32,000 nucleotides of DNA from Synechococcus sp. A15-28 (GCF_014280175.1 NZ_CP047931.1:2040001-2072000); one strand, 5' to 3'. Numbered from the stretch's first letter, positions 20,442 through 30,484 are shown. The notes: generated from the sequence alone by a model not told the origin. Program-made: numbers and translations.

Positions 20442-21052
20442 GCCGTTCCCGCTATGACAGACCCGAGCGCTACGAGCGCCCCGACCGCTACGACAGGTCT
20501 GAGCGACGGGGTGGTGGCTATGGACGCCCTCCGGGCCCTCCTCAAGGCAATGAGGGCCAGGGTGGATTTCAATTCAGCACGCTCACAGCGGCTGTTCTGG
20601 CCGGGGTCCTGATTGTGGGCATCGGCATCGGCAGCGCCGTCACCAGCACCACCCAGGGCGACCAGGGCAACATCGCGAGCTCTCAGCAGCTGGACATGGC
20701 GGTGCCCGACCCCGAGTTCTGCCGTCAGTGGGGGGCCAGCGCCTTCGTGATGGACATCGAGATGTACACAACCCTCAACCCCTCCAGCAGCTTCGTCACC
20801 CAGCCCACGCTTCAGCCCGGCTGTGTGATTCGACGGGAAAACTGGAGTGTGTTGCGCAAGGAAGGGGCCATCACCGCGAACCAGGAACGCGAGTGCAAGC
20901 AGCGGATGAACACCTTTGCCTACATCGGCTCGGTGCGCGACAAACCTGTGGTGCGCTGCGTTTACCAGACCGACATCAGCGAAAACAAGTTCCTCACCCG
21001 TGGTATCGCTGATGACGCAGCCGGCGTCACGCCGGAAGCCGATCAGTTCTGA
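20438..21052 (+). CDS. DUF3172-like single-pass membrane protein
   Basis: Low-complexity N-terminus ([17 protein letters not shown]), one hydrophobic segment ([20 protein letters not shown]), then [29 protein letters not shown] start overlaps the ndhM stop. Confidence 0.75.
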   Translation: MSRSRYDRPERYERPDRYDRSERRGGGYGRPPGPPQGNEGQGGFQFSTLTAAVLAGVLIVGIGIGSAVTSTTQGDQGNIASSQQLDMAVPDPEFCRQWGASAFVMDIEMYTTLNPSSSFVTQPTLQPGCVIRRENWSVLRKEGAITANQERECKQRMNTFAYIGSVRDKPVVRCVYQTDISENKFLTRGIADDAAGVTPEADQF

Positions 21053-21056
21053 TCGA

Positions 21057-22031
21057 TCAGCTTTGGAGCGGTAAGGGCTGAGACGGCTTGGCTTGCCGCA
21101 ACGGGCTGTCGGCACTGGCGAACACCGGCAGCACGTCCTGCCGGAAGGCCGCTGAAGCGCGGGAGCTGTAACGGGCGGGGTGGGTGATCAACTTCAGTTG
21201 CCGCCGCACCTGCAGATCCGCCACCACCGGTCGGTGAATCGTTCCAGCCGCCAGCTCCCGTTCAATCGAGACCACAGGCACAAAGGCCGCACCAAGACCG
21301 GCCTGAACAGCGTTCTTGATCGCTTCCAGGGAGTTCAGTTCCATCTCAAAGCGCAGCCGCTGCACGTCCAATCCGGATCGAGCCAGCAGCTGGTCCACCA
21401 TCTTGCGGGTGGTGGATTGGGCATCAAGGCATACAAAGCCAAGCCTGTACAGGTCTTCCTTAGTGAGTTCCGCCAGGCGGGCCAGGGGATGCTTCACCGG
21501 TAACACCAGGGCCAACTCGTCGCTGGCGTAGGGCACCACCTGGAGCAGGTCGTTGAGCTCAGGCGGCAGTTCACCCCCGATGATCGCCAGATCGATCTGG
21601 CCATTGGCCACGCTCCAGCCCGTCCGGCGGGTGCTGTGAACCTGAAGCTGCACAGCGACATCCGGATACTTCTGCCGGAACAGGCCGATCATTCTTGGCA
21701 TCAGGTAAGTGCCAGTGGTCTGGCTTGCCCCGACGATCAGGGAGCCGCCCTTGAGATTGTGCAGATCATCGAGAGCCCGGCAGGCCTCATGGCACTGGCT
21801 CAGGATCCTGTCGCAGTAGCTGAGCAACAGGTGCCCGGCCTCCGTCAGCTGAGCCTTGCGCCCACCACGATCAAACAACGACACCTCAAGCTGCTTCTCC
21901 AGGTTCTGGATCTGCAAACTGACGGCCGGCTGGGTGACGTACAGGCTGTCTGCCGCTTTCTTGAAGCTTCCTTCGCTGACGATGGCGCGAAGAATGCGCA
22001 GCTGATCCAGCGTGAAGGGCAGATCGGCCAC
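21057..22031 (-). CDS. rbcR: LysR-family transcriptional regulator, RbcR/Ycf30-like
   Basis: [59 protein letters not shown]; GTG start. Confidence 0.85.
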   Translation of the reverse strand: MADLPFTLDQLRILRAIVSEGSFKKAADSLYVTQPAVSLQIQNLEKQLEVSLFDRGGRKAQLTEAGHLLLSYCDRILSQCHEACRALDDLHNLKGGSLIVGASQTTGTYLMPRMIGLFRQKYPDVAVQLQVHSTRRTGWSVANGQIDLAIIGGELPPELNDLLQVVPYASDELALVLPVKHPLARLAELTKEDLYRLGFVCLDAQSTTRKMVDQLLARSGLDVQRLRFEMELNSLEAIKNAVQAGLGAAFVPVVSIERELAAGTIHRPVVADLQVRRQLKLITHPARYSSRASAAFRQDVLPVFASADSPLRQAKPSQPLPLQS

Positions 22032-22110
22032 CGCGCTCGATGCGGACGAAACTGTAATCTAGGTCTGCCCCGGCCGACATCCAGAATCATGGCGCAATCT
22101 CCAGGGGCCG

Positions 22111-22842
22111 ATGGCCATTTCCCACCACAGCAGCATCGTGATGCTGATCCTGCTGGTGCTGTTTGCCGTGATCCACAGCGGTGGTGCCTCCCTGCGGCAA
22201 CGCGCTGAAGCCAGGATTGGTGCGAGGGCCTGGCGCCTGCTGTTCGCCGCCGCGAGCATCCCCTCCGCCGTCGTTGTGATCGGCTGGTTCCTGGCCCACC
22301 GCTACGACGGCATCCGTCTCTGGAACCTGCAGGGGGTGCCTGGAATGGGGCCCCTGGTGTGGATCGGCACCGCCATCAGTTTTCTTTTCCTCTACCCGGC
22401 CACTTACAACCTGCTGGAGATTCCGGCCGTCCTGAAACCCCAGGTGCGGCTCTACGCCACGGGAATCATCCGCATCTCGCGCCACCCCCAGGCCATCGGT
22501 CAGATCCTCTGGTGCCTCACCCATGCCCTGTGGATCGGCAGCAGCTTCATGCTGGTGACCTGCTTCGGCCTGGTCGCCCATCACCTGTTTGCGGTCTGGC
22601 ACGGAGACCGACGCCTGAAGGAACGGTTTGGCGAGGCTTTTGACGACCTGAAAGCCACCACATCCGTACTGCCGTTTAAAGCCGTGATCGATGGCCGGCA
22701 ACAGTTGGATTGGCGTGAATTTCTCCGACCCGCCCAAGTGGGCATTGCCATCGCAGTGGGCGTTTTCTGGTGGGCACACCGCTTCATCCCCACTGCTGCG
22801 GGGATGGTGCGCAACTCAGCACTCGAGAGTCTGCTGAGCTGA
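22111..22842 (+). CDS. NnrU-family membrane protein (related to plant zeta-carotene isomerase Z-ISO)
   Basis: Multi-TM protein with LFAVIHSGGASLR, WNLQGVPGMGPLVWIG, GIIRISRHPQAIGQILWCLTHALWIG, HHLFAVWHGDRRL. Confidence 0.8.
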   Translation: MAISHHSSIVMLILLVLFAVIHSGGASLRQRAEARIGARAWRLLFAAASIPSAVVVIGWFLAHRYDGIRLWNLQGVPGMGPLVWIGTAISFLFLYPATYNLLEIPAVLKPQVRLYATGIIRISRHPQAIGQILWCLTHALWIGSSFMLVTCFGLVAHHLFAVWHGDRRLKERFGEAFDDLKATTSVLPFKAVIDGRQQLDWREFLRPAQVGIAIAVGVFWWAHRFIPTAAGMVRNSALESLLS

Positions 22843-22876
22843 ACTGCCTACACTCCAATCAACCTGTTGAAAGCGG

Positions 22877-24886
22877 ATGCCTTCGGCCGCGGAACTTGCC
22901 TGGTTGATCCCGGTGCTCCCCCTCGCGGGAGCCGTGATCACCGGCCTTGGCCTGATCAGTTTCAACCGCACCATCAACCGGTTGCGCAAGCCGGTGGCGC
23001 TGTTGCTGATCAGCTGCGTCGGCGCAGCAGCGGTGCTGAGCTACGCCATCCTCGCCGGGCAACTGGCCGGTGCTCCCCCCGTCGAGAGCCTGTTCGTCTG
23101 GGCCAGTGCCGGAAGTTTCGTGTTGCCGATGGGTTTCGTGGTGGACCCCCTGGCCGCCGTGATGCTCTCCCTGGTGACCACCATCGCTCTGCTGGTGATG
23201 GTGTATTCCCATGGCTACATGGCCCATGACAAGGGCTACGTCCGCTTTTTCACTTACCTGGCCCTGTTCAGCAGCTCGATGCTGGGCCTGATCATCAGCC
23301 CGAATCTCCTCGAAATCTACGTGTTCTGGGAGCTGGTGGGCATGTGTTCCTACCTGCTGGTGGGCTTCTGGTACGACCGCGATGGAGCAGCTCACGCTGC
23401 CCAGAAAGCTTTTGTGGTGAACCGCGTGGGCGACTTCGGTTTGTTGCTGGGCATCCTCGGATTGTTCTGGGCCACCGGCAGCTTCGATTTCCAGGGCATT
23501 GCCGATGGTTTGCGTGATGGCCTGAGCTCAGGCGCCATTGCACCGTGGGCCGCACTCCTGCTCTGCCTGCTGGTGTTCCTCGGCCCCATGGCCAAGTCGG
23601 CCCAGTTCCCCCTTCACGTGTGGCTGCCGGATGCGATGGAGGGCCCCACCCCGATTTCCGCGCTGATTCACGCCGCCACGATGGTCGCCGCCGGGGTGTT
23701 CCTGGTGGCCCGTCTCGACCCTCTCTACAGCCAGTTCCCGCTCGTTCAGACCGTGATCGCTGTGGTCGGCACGATCACCTGTTTCCTGGGCGCATCCATT
23801 GCCCTCACGCAGATGGACCTGAAGAAAGGTCTGGCCTACAGCACGGTGTCCCAGCTCGGCTACATGATGCTGGCCATGGGCTGCGGGGCCCCCGTAGCGG
23901 GACTGTTCCACCTGGTCACCCACGCCTTCTTCAAGGCGATGCTGTTCTTGGGATCCGGTTCGGTGATCCATGCCATGGAGGAGGTCGTGGGCCACGAACC
24001 GGTGCTCGCCCAGGACATGCGACTGATGGGTGGTCTGCGCCAGAAAATGCCGGTCACGGCCATCACCTTCTTCATCGGCTGTATCGCCATCAGCGGCATC
24101 CCCCCACTGGCGGGCTTCTGGAGCAAGGATGAAATTTTGGGCCAGGCCTTCAACAGCTTCCCCGTCCTCTGGTTGGTGGGCTTCCTCACCGCGGGGATGA
24201 CCGCCTTCTACATGTTCCGCCTCTACTTCCTCACCTTCGAAGGGGAGTTCCGCGGCAACGACGCGGCCATGCAGGCTCAGCTGCTGACGGCAGCCGGCAA
24301 GGATCCTGGCGACCATCACCCCCATAGCGGCAGCGTCCATGAATCCGCCTGGCCCATGGCTGCCCCTCTGGCGGTCCTGGCGGTGCCTTCCGTCCTGGTG
24401 GGCCTGCTGGGCACTCCCTGGAACAGTCGCTTCGCTGGCTTGCTCAATCCCGAGGAAGCCGTGGAAATGGCGGAACAGTTCAGCTGGAGTGAGTTCCTGC
24501 CTCTGGCAGGAGCCTCGGTGGCCATCTCCGTTGTGGGAATCACCCTGGCTGTTCTGGCCTACGCCCTGCACCGCATTGACCTCGGCCAGCTCGTGGCGGG
24601 CCGTTTCCCCAGCATCAACGCCTTCCTGGCCAACAAGTGGTACCTCGATGCCATCAACGAGAAGCTGTTCGTGCGCGGCAGCCGCAAGCTGGCTCGGGAA
24701 GTGCTGGAGGTCGACGCCAAGGTCGTGGATGGCGTGGTGAACCTCACCGGCCTGCTCACCCTCGGTAGCGGCGAAGGTCTGAAATATCTGGAGACAGGTC
24801 GGGCTCAGTTCTATGCCCTGATCGTGTTCGCTGGAGTGATCGGTCTGGTGGTGCTGTTCGGCGTCATCGGCGGACCAACCGCCTGA
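22877..24886 (+). CDS. ndhF: NAD(P)H-quinone oxidoreductase subunit 5 (NdhF, NdhF1-type)
   Basis: FYVFWELVGMCSYLLVGFWYDRDGAAHAAQKAFVVNRVGDFGLLLGILG-type segment, LPDAMEGPTPISALIHAATMVAAG; 669 aa. Paralog number inferred only. Confidence 0.95.
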   Translation: MPSAAELAWLIPVLPLAGAVITGLGLISFNRTINRLRKPVALLLISCVGAAAVLSYAILAGQLAGAPPVESLFVWASAGSFVLPMGFVVDPLAAVMLSLVTTIALLVMVYSHGYMAHDKGYVRFFTYLALFSSSMLGLIISPNLLEIYVFWELVGMCSYLLVGFWYDRDGAAHAAQKAFVVNRVGDFGLLLGILGLFWATGSFDFQGIADGLRDGLSSGAIAPWAALLLCLLVFLGPMAKSAQFPLHVWLPDAMEGPTPISALIHAATMVAAGVFLVARLDPLYSQFPLVQTVIAVVGTITCFLGASIALTQMDLKKGLAYSTVSQLGYMMLAMGCGAPVAGLFHLVTHAFFKAMLFLGSGSVIHAMEEVVGHEPVLAQDMRLMGGLRQKMPVTAITFFIGCIAISGIPPLAGFWSKDEILGQAFNSFPVLWLVGFLTAGMTAFYMFRLYFLTFEGEFRGNDAAMQAQLLTAAGKDPGDHHPHSGSVHESAWPMAAPLAVLAVPSVLVGLLGTPWNSRFAGLLNPEEAVEMAEQFSWSEFLPLAGASVAISVVGITLAVLAYALHRIDLGQLVAGRFPSINAFLANKWYLDAINEKLFVRGSRKLAREVLEVDAKVVDGVVNLTGLLTLGSGEGLKYLETGRAQFYALIVFAGVIGLVVLFGVIGGPTA

Positions 24887-24905
24887 GCATCCTCTGGCTC
24901 ATGTG

Positions 24906-24931
24906 TGTCATCGCCTATCGAGGTGATGACA
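24906..24931 (+). repeat. 11-bp stem / 4-nt loop inverted repeat in the ndhF-ndhD spacer
   Basis: TGTCATCGCCT-ATCG-AGGTGATGACA. All 11 positions pair in RNA (one G-U), and no T-run follows. Confidence 0.85.
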
Positions 24932-24979
24932 GTTGGGCTGTGATTTCTACGATCCAGCCAGTGGTGTTCGGGACAGATC

Positions 24980-26620
24980 GTGATCGAATTCGCAGTCGCC
25001 GGGGCAAGTGATCCCGTAGCGGCGACCGTGCCCTGGCTGAGCCTGTCCATCCTGGTTCCCATTGTCGGCGCCTTGCTGGTGCCGTTCATTCCGGATGCCG
25101 GAGATGGCAAACAGGTGCGCTGGTATGCCCTGGGCGTCACCCTGATCACCTTTTTGATCACGGTGAGCGCCTATCTGAATGGCTACGACCCCAGCATCAG
25201 TGGACTGCAGTTGAGCGAACGGGTGAGCTGGCTCCCCGACCTCGGGCTCACCTGGGCCGTCGGAGCCGATGGCCTGTCGATGCCGCTGATCCTGTTGACC
25301 AGCTTCATCACCAGCCTTGCCTGCCTGGCGGCCTGGCCCGTGAGCTTCAAGCCCCGGCTGTTCTATTTCCTGCTGCTGGCGATGGACGGCGGCCAGATCG
25401 CGGTCTTCGCCGTGCAGGACATGCTTCTCTTCTTCCTGGCCTGGGAACTCGAGCTGATCCCGGTGTATCTGCTGTTGGCCATCTGGGGCGGCAAGAAACG
25501 CCAGTACGCCGCCACGAAATTCATCCTCTACACCGCCGGCAGCTCTCTGTTCATCCTGCTGGCAGCCCTGGCCATGGGCTTCTTTGGCGGGGGAACCCCC
25601 AGCTTCGAGTACACAGCCCTGGCGGCAAAGGACTTCGGCAGTGGCTTCCAATTGCTCTGCTACGCAGGTCTGCTGATCGCCTTCGGCGTCAAACTGCCGA
25701 TCGTGCCGCTGCACACCTGGCTTCCGGATGCCCACGGAGAAGCCACAGCCCCTGTGCACATGCTGCTGGCGGGCATTCTGCTGAAGATGGGGGGCTATGC
25801 CCTGCTGCGGTTCAACTGCGAACTGCTGCCAGCCGCCCACGCCCAGTTCGCTCCGCTCCTCATCGTTCTCGGCGTAGTGAACATCATCTACGCCGCGCTC
25901 ACCTCCTTCGCCCAGCGCAACCTCAAGCGCAAGATCGCCTACAGCTCCATCAGCCACATGGGCTTTGTGCTGATTGGCGTCGGCAGCTTCAGTACTCTGG
26001 GCACCAGCGGAGCCATGCTGCAGATGATCAGCCATGGACTGATCGGAGCGAGTCTGTTCTTCCTCGTGGGGGCCACCTACGACCGCACCCACACCCTGCA
26101 GCTCGACGAAATGGGGGGTGTGGGCCAGAAGATGAGAATCATGTTTGCGCTCTGGACCGTATGCGCCCTGGCGTCACTGGCCCTGCCGGGCATGAGCGGC
26201 TTCGTCAGCGAACTGATGGTGTTTGCCGGCTTCGCCACCGATGAGGCTTACACCCTCCCCTTCCGGGTGGTGATCTGCGCCCTCGCCGCCGTCGGGGTGG
26301 TCCTCACACCGATCTATCTGCTGTCCATGCTGCGGGAGATTTTCTTCGGCAAGGAGAAGCAGGAGCTGAGCTCCCACACCAATCTTGTGGATGCTGAGCC
26401 GCGGGAGGTGTACATCATCGGCTGCCTGTTGGTGCCGATCATTGGCATCGGCCTCTACCCCAGGCTGATGACCGACAGCTACAGCCGATCGATCGAAGCC
26501 CTGGTGGGACGTGATCTCGGCGCCATGGAACGGATCAAGCAACCCACAGCACCTCTGATCCGCGGTCAGGCGGCACCGGTGCCGGCGGTGCTCAACGCGC
26601 CATCGGTTCCTGCCGCGTAA
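24980..26620 (+). CDS. ndhD: NAD(P)H-quinone oxidoreductase subunit 4 (NdhD, NdhD1-type)
   Basis: [68 protein letters not shown]; GTG start, 546 aa. Confidence 0.95.
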   Translation: MIEFAVAGASDPVAATVPWLSLSILVPIVGALLVPFIPDAGDGKQVRWYALGVTLITFLITVSAYLNGYDPSISGLQLSERVSWLPDLGLTWAVGADGLSMPLILLTSFITSLACLAAWPVSFKPRLFYFLLLAMDGGQIAVFAVQDMLLFFLAWELELIPVYLLLAIWGGKKRQYAATKFILYTAGSSLFILLAALAMGFFGGGTPSFEYTALAAKDFGSGFQLLCYAGLLIAFGVKLPIVPLHTWLPDAHGEATAPVHMLLAGILLKMGGYALLRFNCELLPAAHAQFAPLLIVLGVVNIIYAALTSFAQRNLKRKIAYSSISHMGFVLIGVGSFSTLGTSGAMLQMISHGLIGASLFFLVGATYDRTHTLQLDEMGGVGQKMRIMFALWTVCALASLALPGMSGFVSELMVFAGFATDEAYTLPFRVVICALAAVGVVLTPIYLLSMLREIFFGKEKQELSSHTNLVDAEPREVYIIGCLLVPIIGIGLYPRLMTDSYSRSIEALVGRDLGAMERIKQPTAPLIRGQAAPVPAVLNAPSVPAA

Positions 26621-26687
26621 ACAAGTGTCGAGGTCTGCTGCAGATCGCGCTGAAGTCCGTAAGTTCTGATCGCATTCGGCCCCTCCC

Positions 26688-27062
26688 ATGCGCCAGATCA
26701 ACTTCGGCCTGATCTTCGGCTTCGGACTGATCACGGTGTTCTTCACCCTGGAGAACACCACCGCCACCACCGTCCATGTCTTGCCCGGAATGGATTACAC
26801 CCTGCCGCTGGCAGGCCTGCTGCTGCTGGTGGCAGGCCTTGGCGCAGCCTCGGCTTGGTTTTTTGCCGCCTGGACGGGAATGCTGAACAACGTGGAACGG
26901 TTCAGCCAGGCCAGCGAAGTTGAAGCCCAGCAGGTGCGCATCCAGGAACTCGAAACGGACCTCAACCGCTACCGTTCGACGGTGGAGACCCAGCTCGGCC
27001 TGCTGCCGGCCACCACGGTGAGCAGCAGCGCTGGAGCTGACGACAGCAGCGACGCCACCTGA
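26688..27062 (+). CDS. LapA-domain (DUF1049) small membrane protein
   Basis: MRQINFGLIFGFGLITVFFTLENTTATTVHVLPG..., two hydrophobic segments plus a coiled tail. Confidence 0.75.
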   Translation: MRQINFGLIFGFGLITVFFTLENTTATTVHVLPGMDYTLPLAGLLLLVAGLGAASAWFFAAWTGMLNNVERFSQASEVEAQQVRIQELETDLNRYRSTVETQLGLLPATTVSSSAGADDSSDAT

Positions 27063-27075
27063 TCCCAGTCTCTTA

Positions 27076-28029
27076 ATGGCATCTGAGCCGAAGGACCGAT
27101 ACCTTCAGCCCAGTCGGGATTCCATGGTGCCCCAGGTGGCCACCCACGATGGTGCCGATGCGGGCGCCCGCCTGGCCATCCGCCTGTTGCAGGATGCCGC
27201 GGAGCGTGGGGAGCTCGACCCCTGGGATGTGGATGTGATCGCCGTCGTGGACGGCTTTCTGGATCAACTCCGCCAGAGGATCGAGGTGCCACGGCAGGTG
27301 GCAGCGGTCCTCGATGGTCGCGGCGGCAGCTACGAGCGGGACCTGGCGGACAGCAGCGAGGCCTTCCTGGCCGCATCCGTGCTGGTGGGTTTGAAAGCCG
27401 AGGTGCTTGAGGCAAGCATCCTGCCGCCGCCGGTGGAGGTGGAGGAGCACATCGACGCCGCGTTCGATGAACAAGGCTGGCTGGACGAAAGCTTTGACCT
27501 GCCGCGCCGGCCGGAGCGGCACCTCCAGCGACGCCCCGTTGCCCCGCCGCCGCTGCGGAGGCCGGTGACCCTGGGCGAGCTGATCGAACAACTGGAATCC
27601 ATCGCCGAACATCTGGAAGCCGATGAGCTGGAGGCGCGCCGCCGGCAGCGGCGGCGGCGCTTCAGCGACCGTGAAGCGATTGCCCAGGTGGCAGGACTGG
27701 CCCATCGGGAGAAACTGCCCGAAACCACTGCAGCCCTTGGGGTTTATCTCAACGGCTGGGAGGACGCCCTGGCCTGGATCGACTTTGAACGGCTCGTGCA
27801 GCGCTGGAACAGCGTGGCGCCGGGAGATCTCGACACCGATCGGGTGGGTGTTTTCTGGGCCCTGCTGTTTCTGTCCTCCCAGGGGGCGGTGGAGCTGGAG
27901 CAGGAGGGTTGGCTGCATGCCCCTCTGCGGCTGAAACGCATCCCGGCCAGCGGCAGCTTCACCCAGTTGCCGATCACCAGGCTTGAGGTGCCAGATCCCC
28001 TGCCGACCCGAACCACGCAGGCAGCTTGA
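27076..28029 (+). CDS. scpA: ScpA-family segregation/condensation protein
   Basis: AIRLLQDAAERGELDPWDVDVIAVVDGFLDQL...DSSEAFLAASVLVGLKAEVL. C-terminal FWALLFLSSQGAVELEQEG resembles the winged-helix part. Confidence 0.8.
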   Translation: MASEPKDRYLQPSRDSMVPQVATHDGADAGARLAIRLLQDAAERGELDPWDVDVIAVVDGFLDQLRQRIEVPRQVAAVLDGRGGSYERDLADSSEAFLAASVLVGLKAEVLEASILPPPVEVEEHIDAAFDEQGWLDESFDLPRRPERHLQRRPVAPPPLRRPVTLGELIEQLESIAEHLEADELEARRRQRRRRFSDREAIAQVAGLAHREKLPETTAALGVYLNGWEDALAWIDFERLVQRWNSVAPGDLDTDRVGVFWALLFLSSQGAVELEQEGWLHAPLRLKRIPASGSFTQLPITRLEVPDPLPTRTTQAA

Positions 28030-28072
28030 GGAGCGGTTTAACCTTCACCATCCTGTGATGTCAGAAACGCCG

Positions 28073-29251
28073 ATGAAGGCGATGATCCTGGCGGCCGGAA
28101 AGGGAACAAGGGTTCAACCGATCACCCATGTGATCCCCAAACCGATGATCCCCATCCTGCAGAAACCCGTGATGGAGTTTCTGCTTGAGCTGCTGAAGGA
28201 GCACGGCTTCAACGAGGTGATGGTGAACGTCTCCCACCTGGCTGAGGAGATCGAGAATTATTTCCGCGATGGGCAGCGCTTTGGGGTGGAAATCGCCTAT
28301 AGCTTTGAAGGGCGGATCGAAGACGGTGAGCTGATCGGTAGTGCCCTGGGTTCCGCCGGTGGTCTCAAGAAAATCCAGGATTTCCAGAACTTTTTTGACG
28401 ACACCTTTGTGGTGCTTTGCGGCGACGCGCTGATCGATCTTGATCTCACCGAAGCGGTGCGCCGCCACCGGGAGAAGGGCGCCCTGGCCAGCCTCGTGAC
28501 CAAGCGTGTCCCCAAGGACCAGGTCAGCAGCTATGGCGTTGTGGTCACCGATGCTGAAGACCGGATCTCCCACTTCCAGGAGAAACCCAAGGTCGAAGAG
28601 GCCCTGAGCGACACGATCAACACCGGCATCTACATCTTCGAGCCGGGGATTTTTGACCACATCCCCTCCGGTGTCTCCTTCGACATCGGCTCCGACCTCT
28701 TCCCCAAACTGGCCGAGCTGGGGGCTCCCTTCTATGCCATTCCCATGGATTTCGAATGGGTGGACATCGGCAAGGTGCCTGATTACTGGCAGGCCATCCG
28801 CAGCGTTCTTCTTGGGGATGTGCGTCAGGTGGGCATTCCCGGCAAGGAAATTCAACCCGGGGTGTACACCGGTCTGAACGTGGCAGCCAACTGGGACAAG
28901 ATCAACGTCAGCGGCCCTATCTACGTGGGCGGCATGACCAAGATTGAAGACGGAGCCACGATCGTTGGGCCAACGATGATCGGCCCCAGCTGCCACATCT
29001 GTGAAGGGGCTGTGGTCGACAACTCGATCATCTTCGACTACTCCCGCATCGGCGCTGGGGTGCAGCTGGTGGAGAAACTCGTCTTCGGCCGCTACTGCGT
29101 GGGCAAGGACGGCGACCACTTCGACCTGCAGGAAGCAGCACTCGACTGGTTGATCACCGATGCCCGCCGTCAGGACCTGGTGGAGCCTTCACCCCAGCAG
29201 AAAGCCATGGCGGAACTGCTTGGAACGGAACTTACCCAGGCAGCGAGCTGA
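28073..29251 (+). CDS. Sugar-phosphate nucleotidyltransferase (mannose-1-phosphate guanylyltransferase-like) with left-handed beta-helix C-terminus
   Basis: MKAMILAAGKGTRVQPITHVIPKPMIPI..., VVLCGDALIDLDL, EWVDIGKVPDYWQA, then hexapeptide-like repeats. Confidence 0.9.
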   Translation: MKAMILAAGKGTRVQPITHVIPKPMIPILQKPVMEFLLELLKEHGFNEVMVNVSHLAEEIENYFRDGQRFGVEIAYSFEGRIEDGELIGSALGSAGGLKKIQDFQNFFDDTFVVLCGDALIDLDLTEAVRRHREKGALASLVTKRVPKDQVSSYGVVVTDAEDRISHFQEKPKVEEALSDTINTGIYIFEPGIFDHIPSGVSFDIGSDLFPKLAELGAPFYAIPMDFEWVDIGKVPDYWQAIRSVLLGDVRQVGIPGKEIQPGVYTGLNVAANWDKINVSGPIYVGGMTKIEDGATIVGPTMIGPSCHICEGAVVDNSIIFDYSRIGAGVQLVEKLVFGRYCVGKDGDHFDLQEAALDWLITDARRQDLVEPSPQQKAMAELLGTELTQAAS

Positions 29252-30125
29252 CTCCAGCCTGATCGAGCACCAACGGGATCCGTTCCTCGGCTTTGATCGC
29301 CATCAGGTGAACCCCCTGGACGATCCCCAGATACCGCTTCACCTGTTCCGCCGCGATGGCCACCCCTTCCAGGGCTGGGTTGTCCGCCGATTCCAACCGC
29401 TCGATCAGGGTCTCCGGGATGCAGGCTCCCGGCACGACGCGATTGATGAATCGCGCATTTTTGGCTGACTTCAGCAGAAACACACCCGCCAGCACAGGCA
29501 GGTTCATCGGCCCCGCCAGTTCAACCTGAAACCGCTCCAGTGCCGCAGGGTCCATCACCATCTGGGTCTGCACAAAACGAGCACCGGCCTCCTGCTTGCG
29601 TTGCAGGCGGCGCTGCAGGCCACTCCAGCTGCGGGAATGAGAGTCCGCCGCACAGCCAGCGAACAACGTTGTCGGACCATCCAGCAACTCAGCCTTCACC
29701 GGATCCTTCCCTTGGTTGAAGGCCTTCACCTGACGCAGCAGTTTCACCGACTCAAACTCATTCACCGGTCGGGCATCCGCCTGATCGCCAGCCCTCACAG
29801 GATCACCCGTGAGACAGAGCAGGTTGTGAATCCCCAGGGCATGGGCCCCCAGCAGATCCGCCTGCAGCGCCAGCCGGTTGCGATCCCGGCAGGCCATTTG
29901 CAGTACCGGCTCCAGCCCCCGATCCAACAGAAGCCGACAGACCGCCAGGCTGCTCATGCGCATCACCGCACGACTGCCGTCGGTGACGTTGATCCCATGC
30001 ACTCGCCCCCTGAGGTGTTCGGCCATGGCGAGCGCGTGGGAGGGGTCTCCCCCCCTGGGAGGCATCACCTCCGCTGTGATCGCCTGCTGACCGGACTCAA
30101 TCGCGCGTTGGAGCGCCGTCGCCAA
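29232..30125 (-). CDS. metF: Methylenetetrahydrofolate reductase
   Basis: ITAEVMPPRGGDPSHALAMAEHLRGRVHGINVTDGSRAVMRMSSLA..., LLCLTGDPVR; 297 aa. Confidence 0.88.
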   Translation of the reverse strand: MATALQRAIESGQQAITAEVMPPRGGDPSHALAMAEHLRGRVHGINVTDGSRAVMRMSSLAVCRLLLDRGLEPVLQMACRDRNRLALQADLLGAHALGIHNLLCLTGDPVRAGDQADARPVNEFESVKLLRQVKAFNQGKDPVKAELLDGPTTLFAGCAADSHSRSWSGLQRRLQRKQEAGARFVQTQMVMDPAALERFQVELAGPMNLPVLAGVFLLKSAKNARFINRVVPGACIPETLIERLESADNPALEGVAIAAEQVKRYLGIVQGVHLMAIKAEERIPLVLDQAGVSSLPG

Positions 30126-30208
30126 ACCCTGAACTGCCGATGGGGCCCACTATGCAGGATCAGATCATCCAACGGCACTACCATGGGCCGAAAGGGGGGT
30201 TGAGGCCC

Positions 30209-30484
30209 ATGTCCAGCAGCGATCCAAGTGATCCCCTCAATATTGCCCTCTCGGCTCGGGAGATTGAGATCATCGAATTGGTGGCCGAGGGTCTCACCAA
30301 TCAGGAGATCGCTGATCGGCTGACCATCAGCAAACGCACGGTGGACAACCACGTCAGCAATGTGTTCACCAAAACCGGCTCGAAAAACCGCGTGGCCCTG
30401 CTGAACTGGGCGATGGACAACGGCAAGATCTGCCGGGACGGCTTCAACTGCTGTGCCCTTCCAGATGCCGACGGCCCCGAATGA
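30209..30484 (+). CDS. Small LuxR-type HTH regulator, PedR-like
   Basis: LSAREIEIIELVAEGLTNQEIADRLTISKRTVDNHVSNVFTKTGSKNRVALLNWAMDNGKICRDGFNCC; HTH only, no receiver domain. Start inferred at MSSSDPSD. Confidence 0.75.
   Translation: MSSSDPSDPLNIALSAREIEIIELVAEGLTNQEIADRLTISKRTVDNHVSNVFTKTGSKNRVALLNWAMDNGKICRDGFNCCALPDADGPE

Noticed and set aside
24947-26092. Minus-strand 381-aa ORF antisense to ndhD, and 23528..24571 antisense to ndhF
   Set aside because: Gln/His/Gly-rich shadow frames of conserved NDH genes, not independent genes.
28061-29119. Minus-strand 352-aa ORF antisense to the nucleotidyltransferase
   Set aside because: Shadow frame; the plus strand has full catalytic motifs and a sensible start at 28073.
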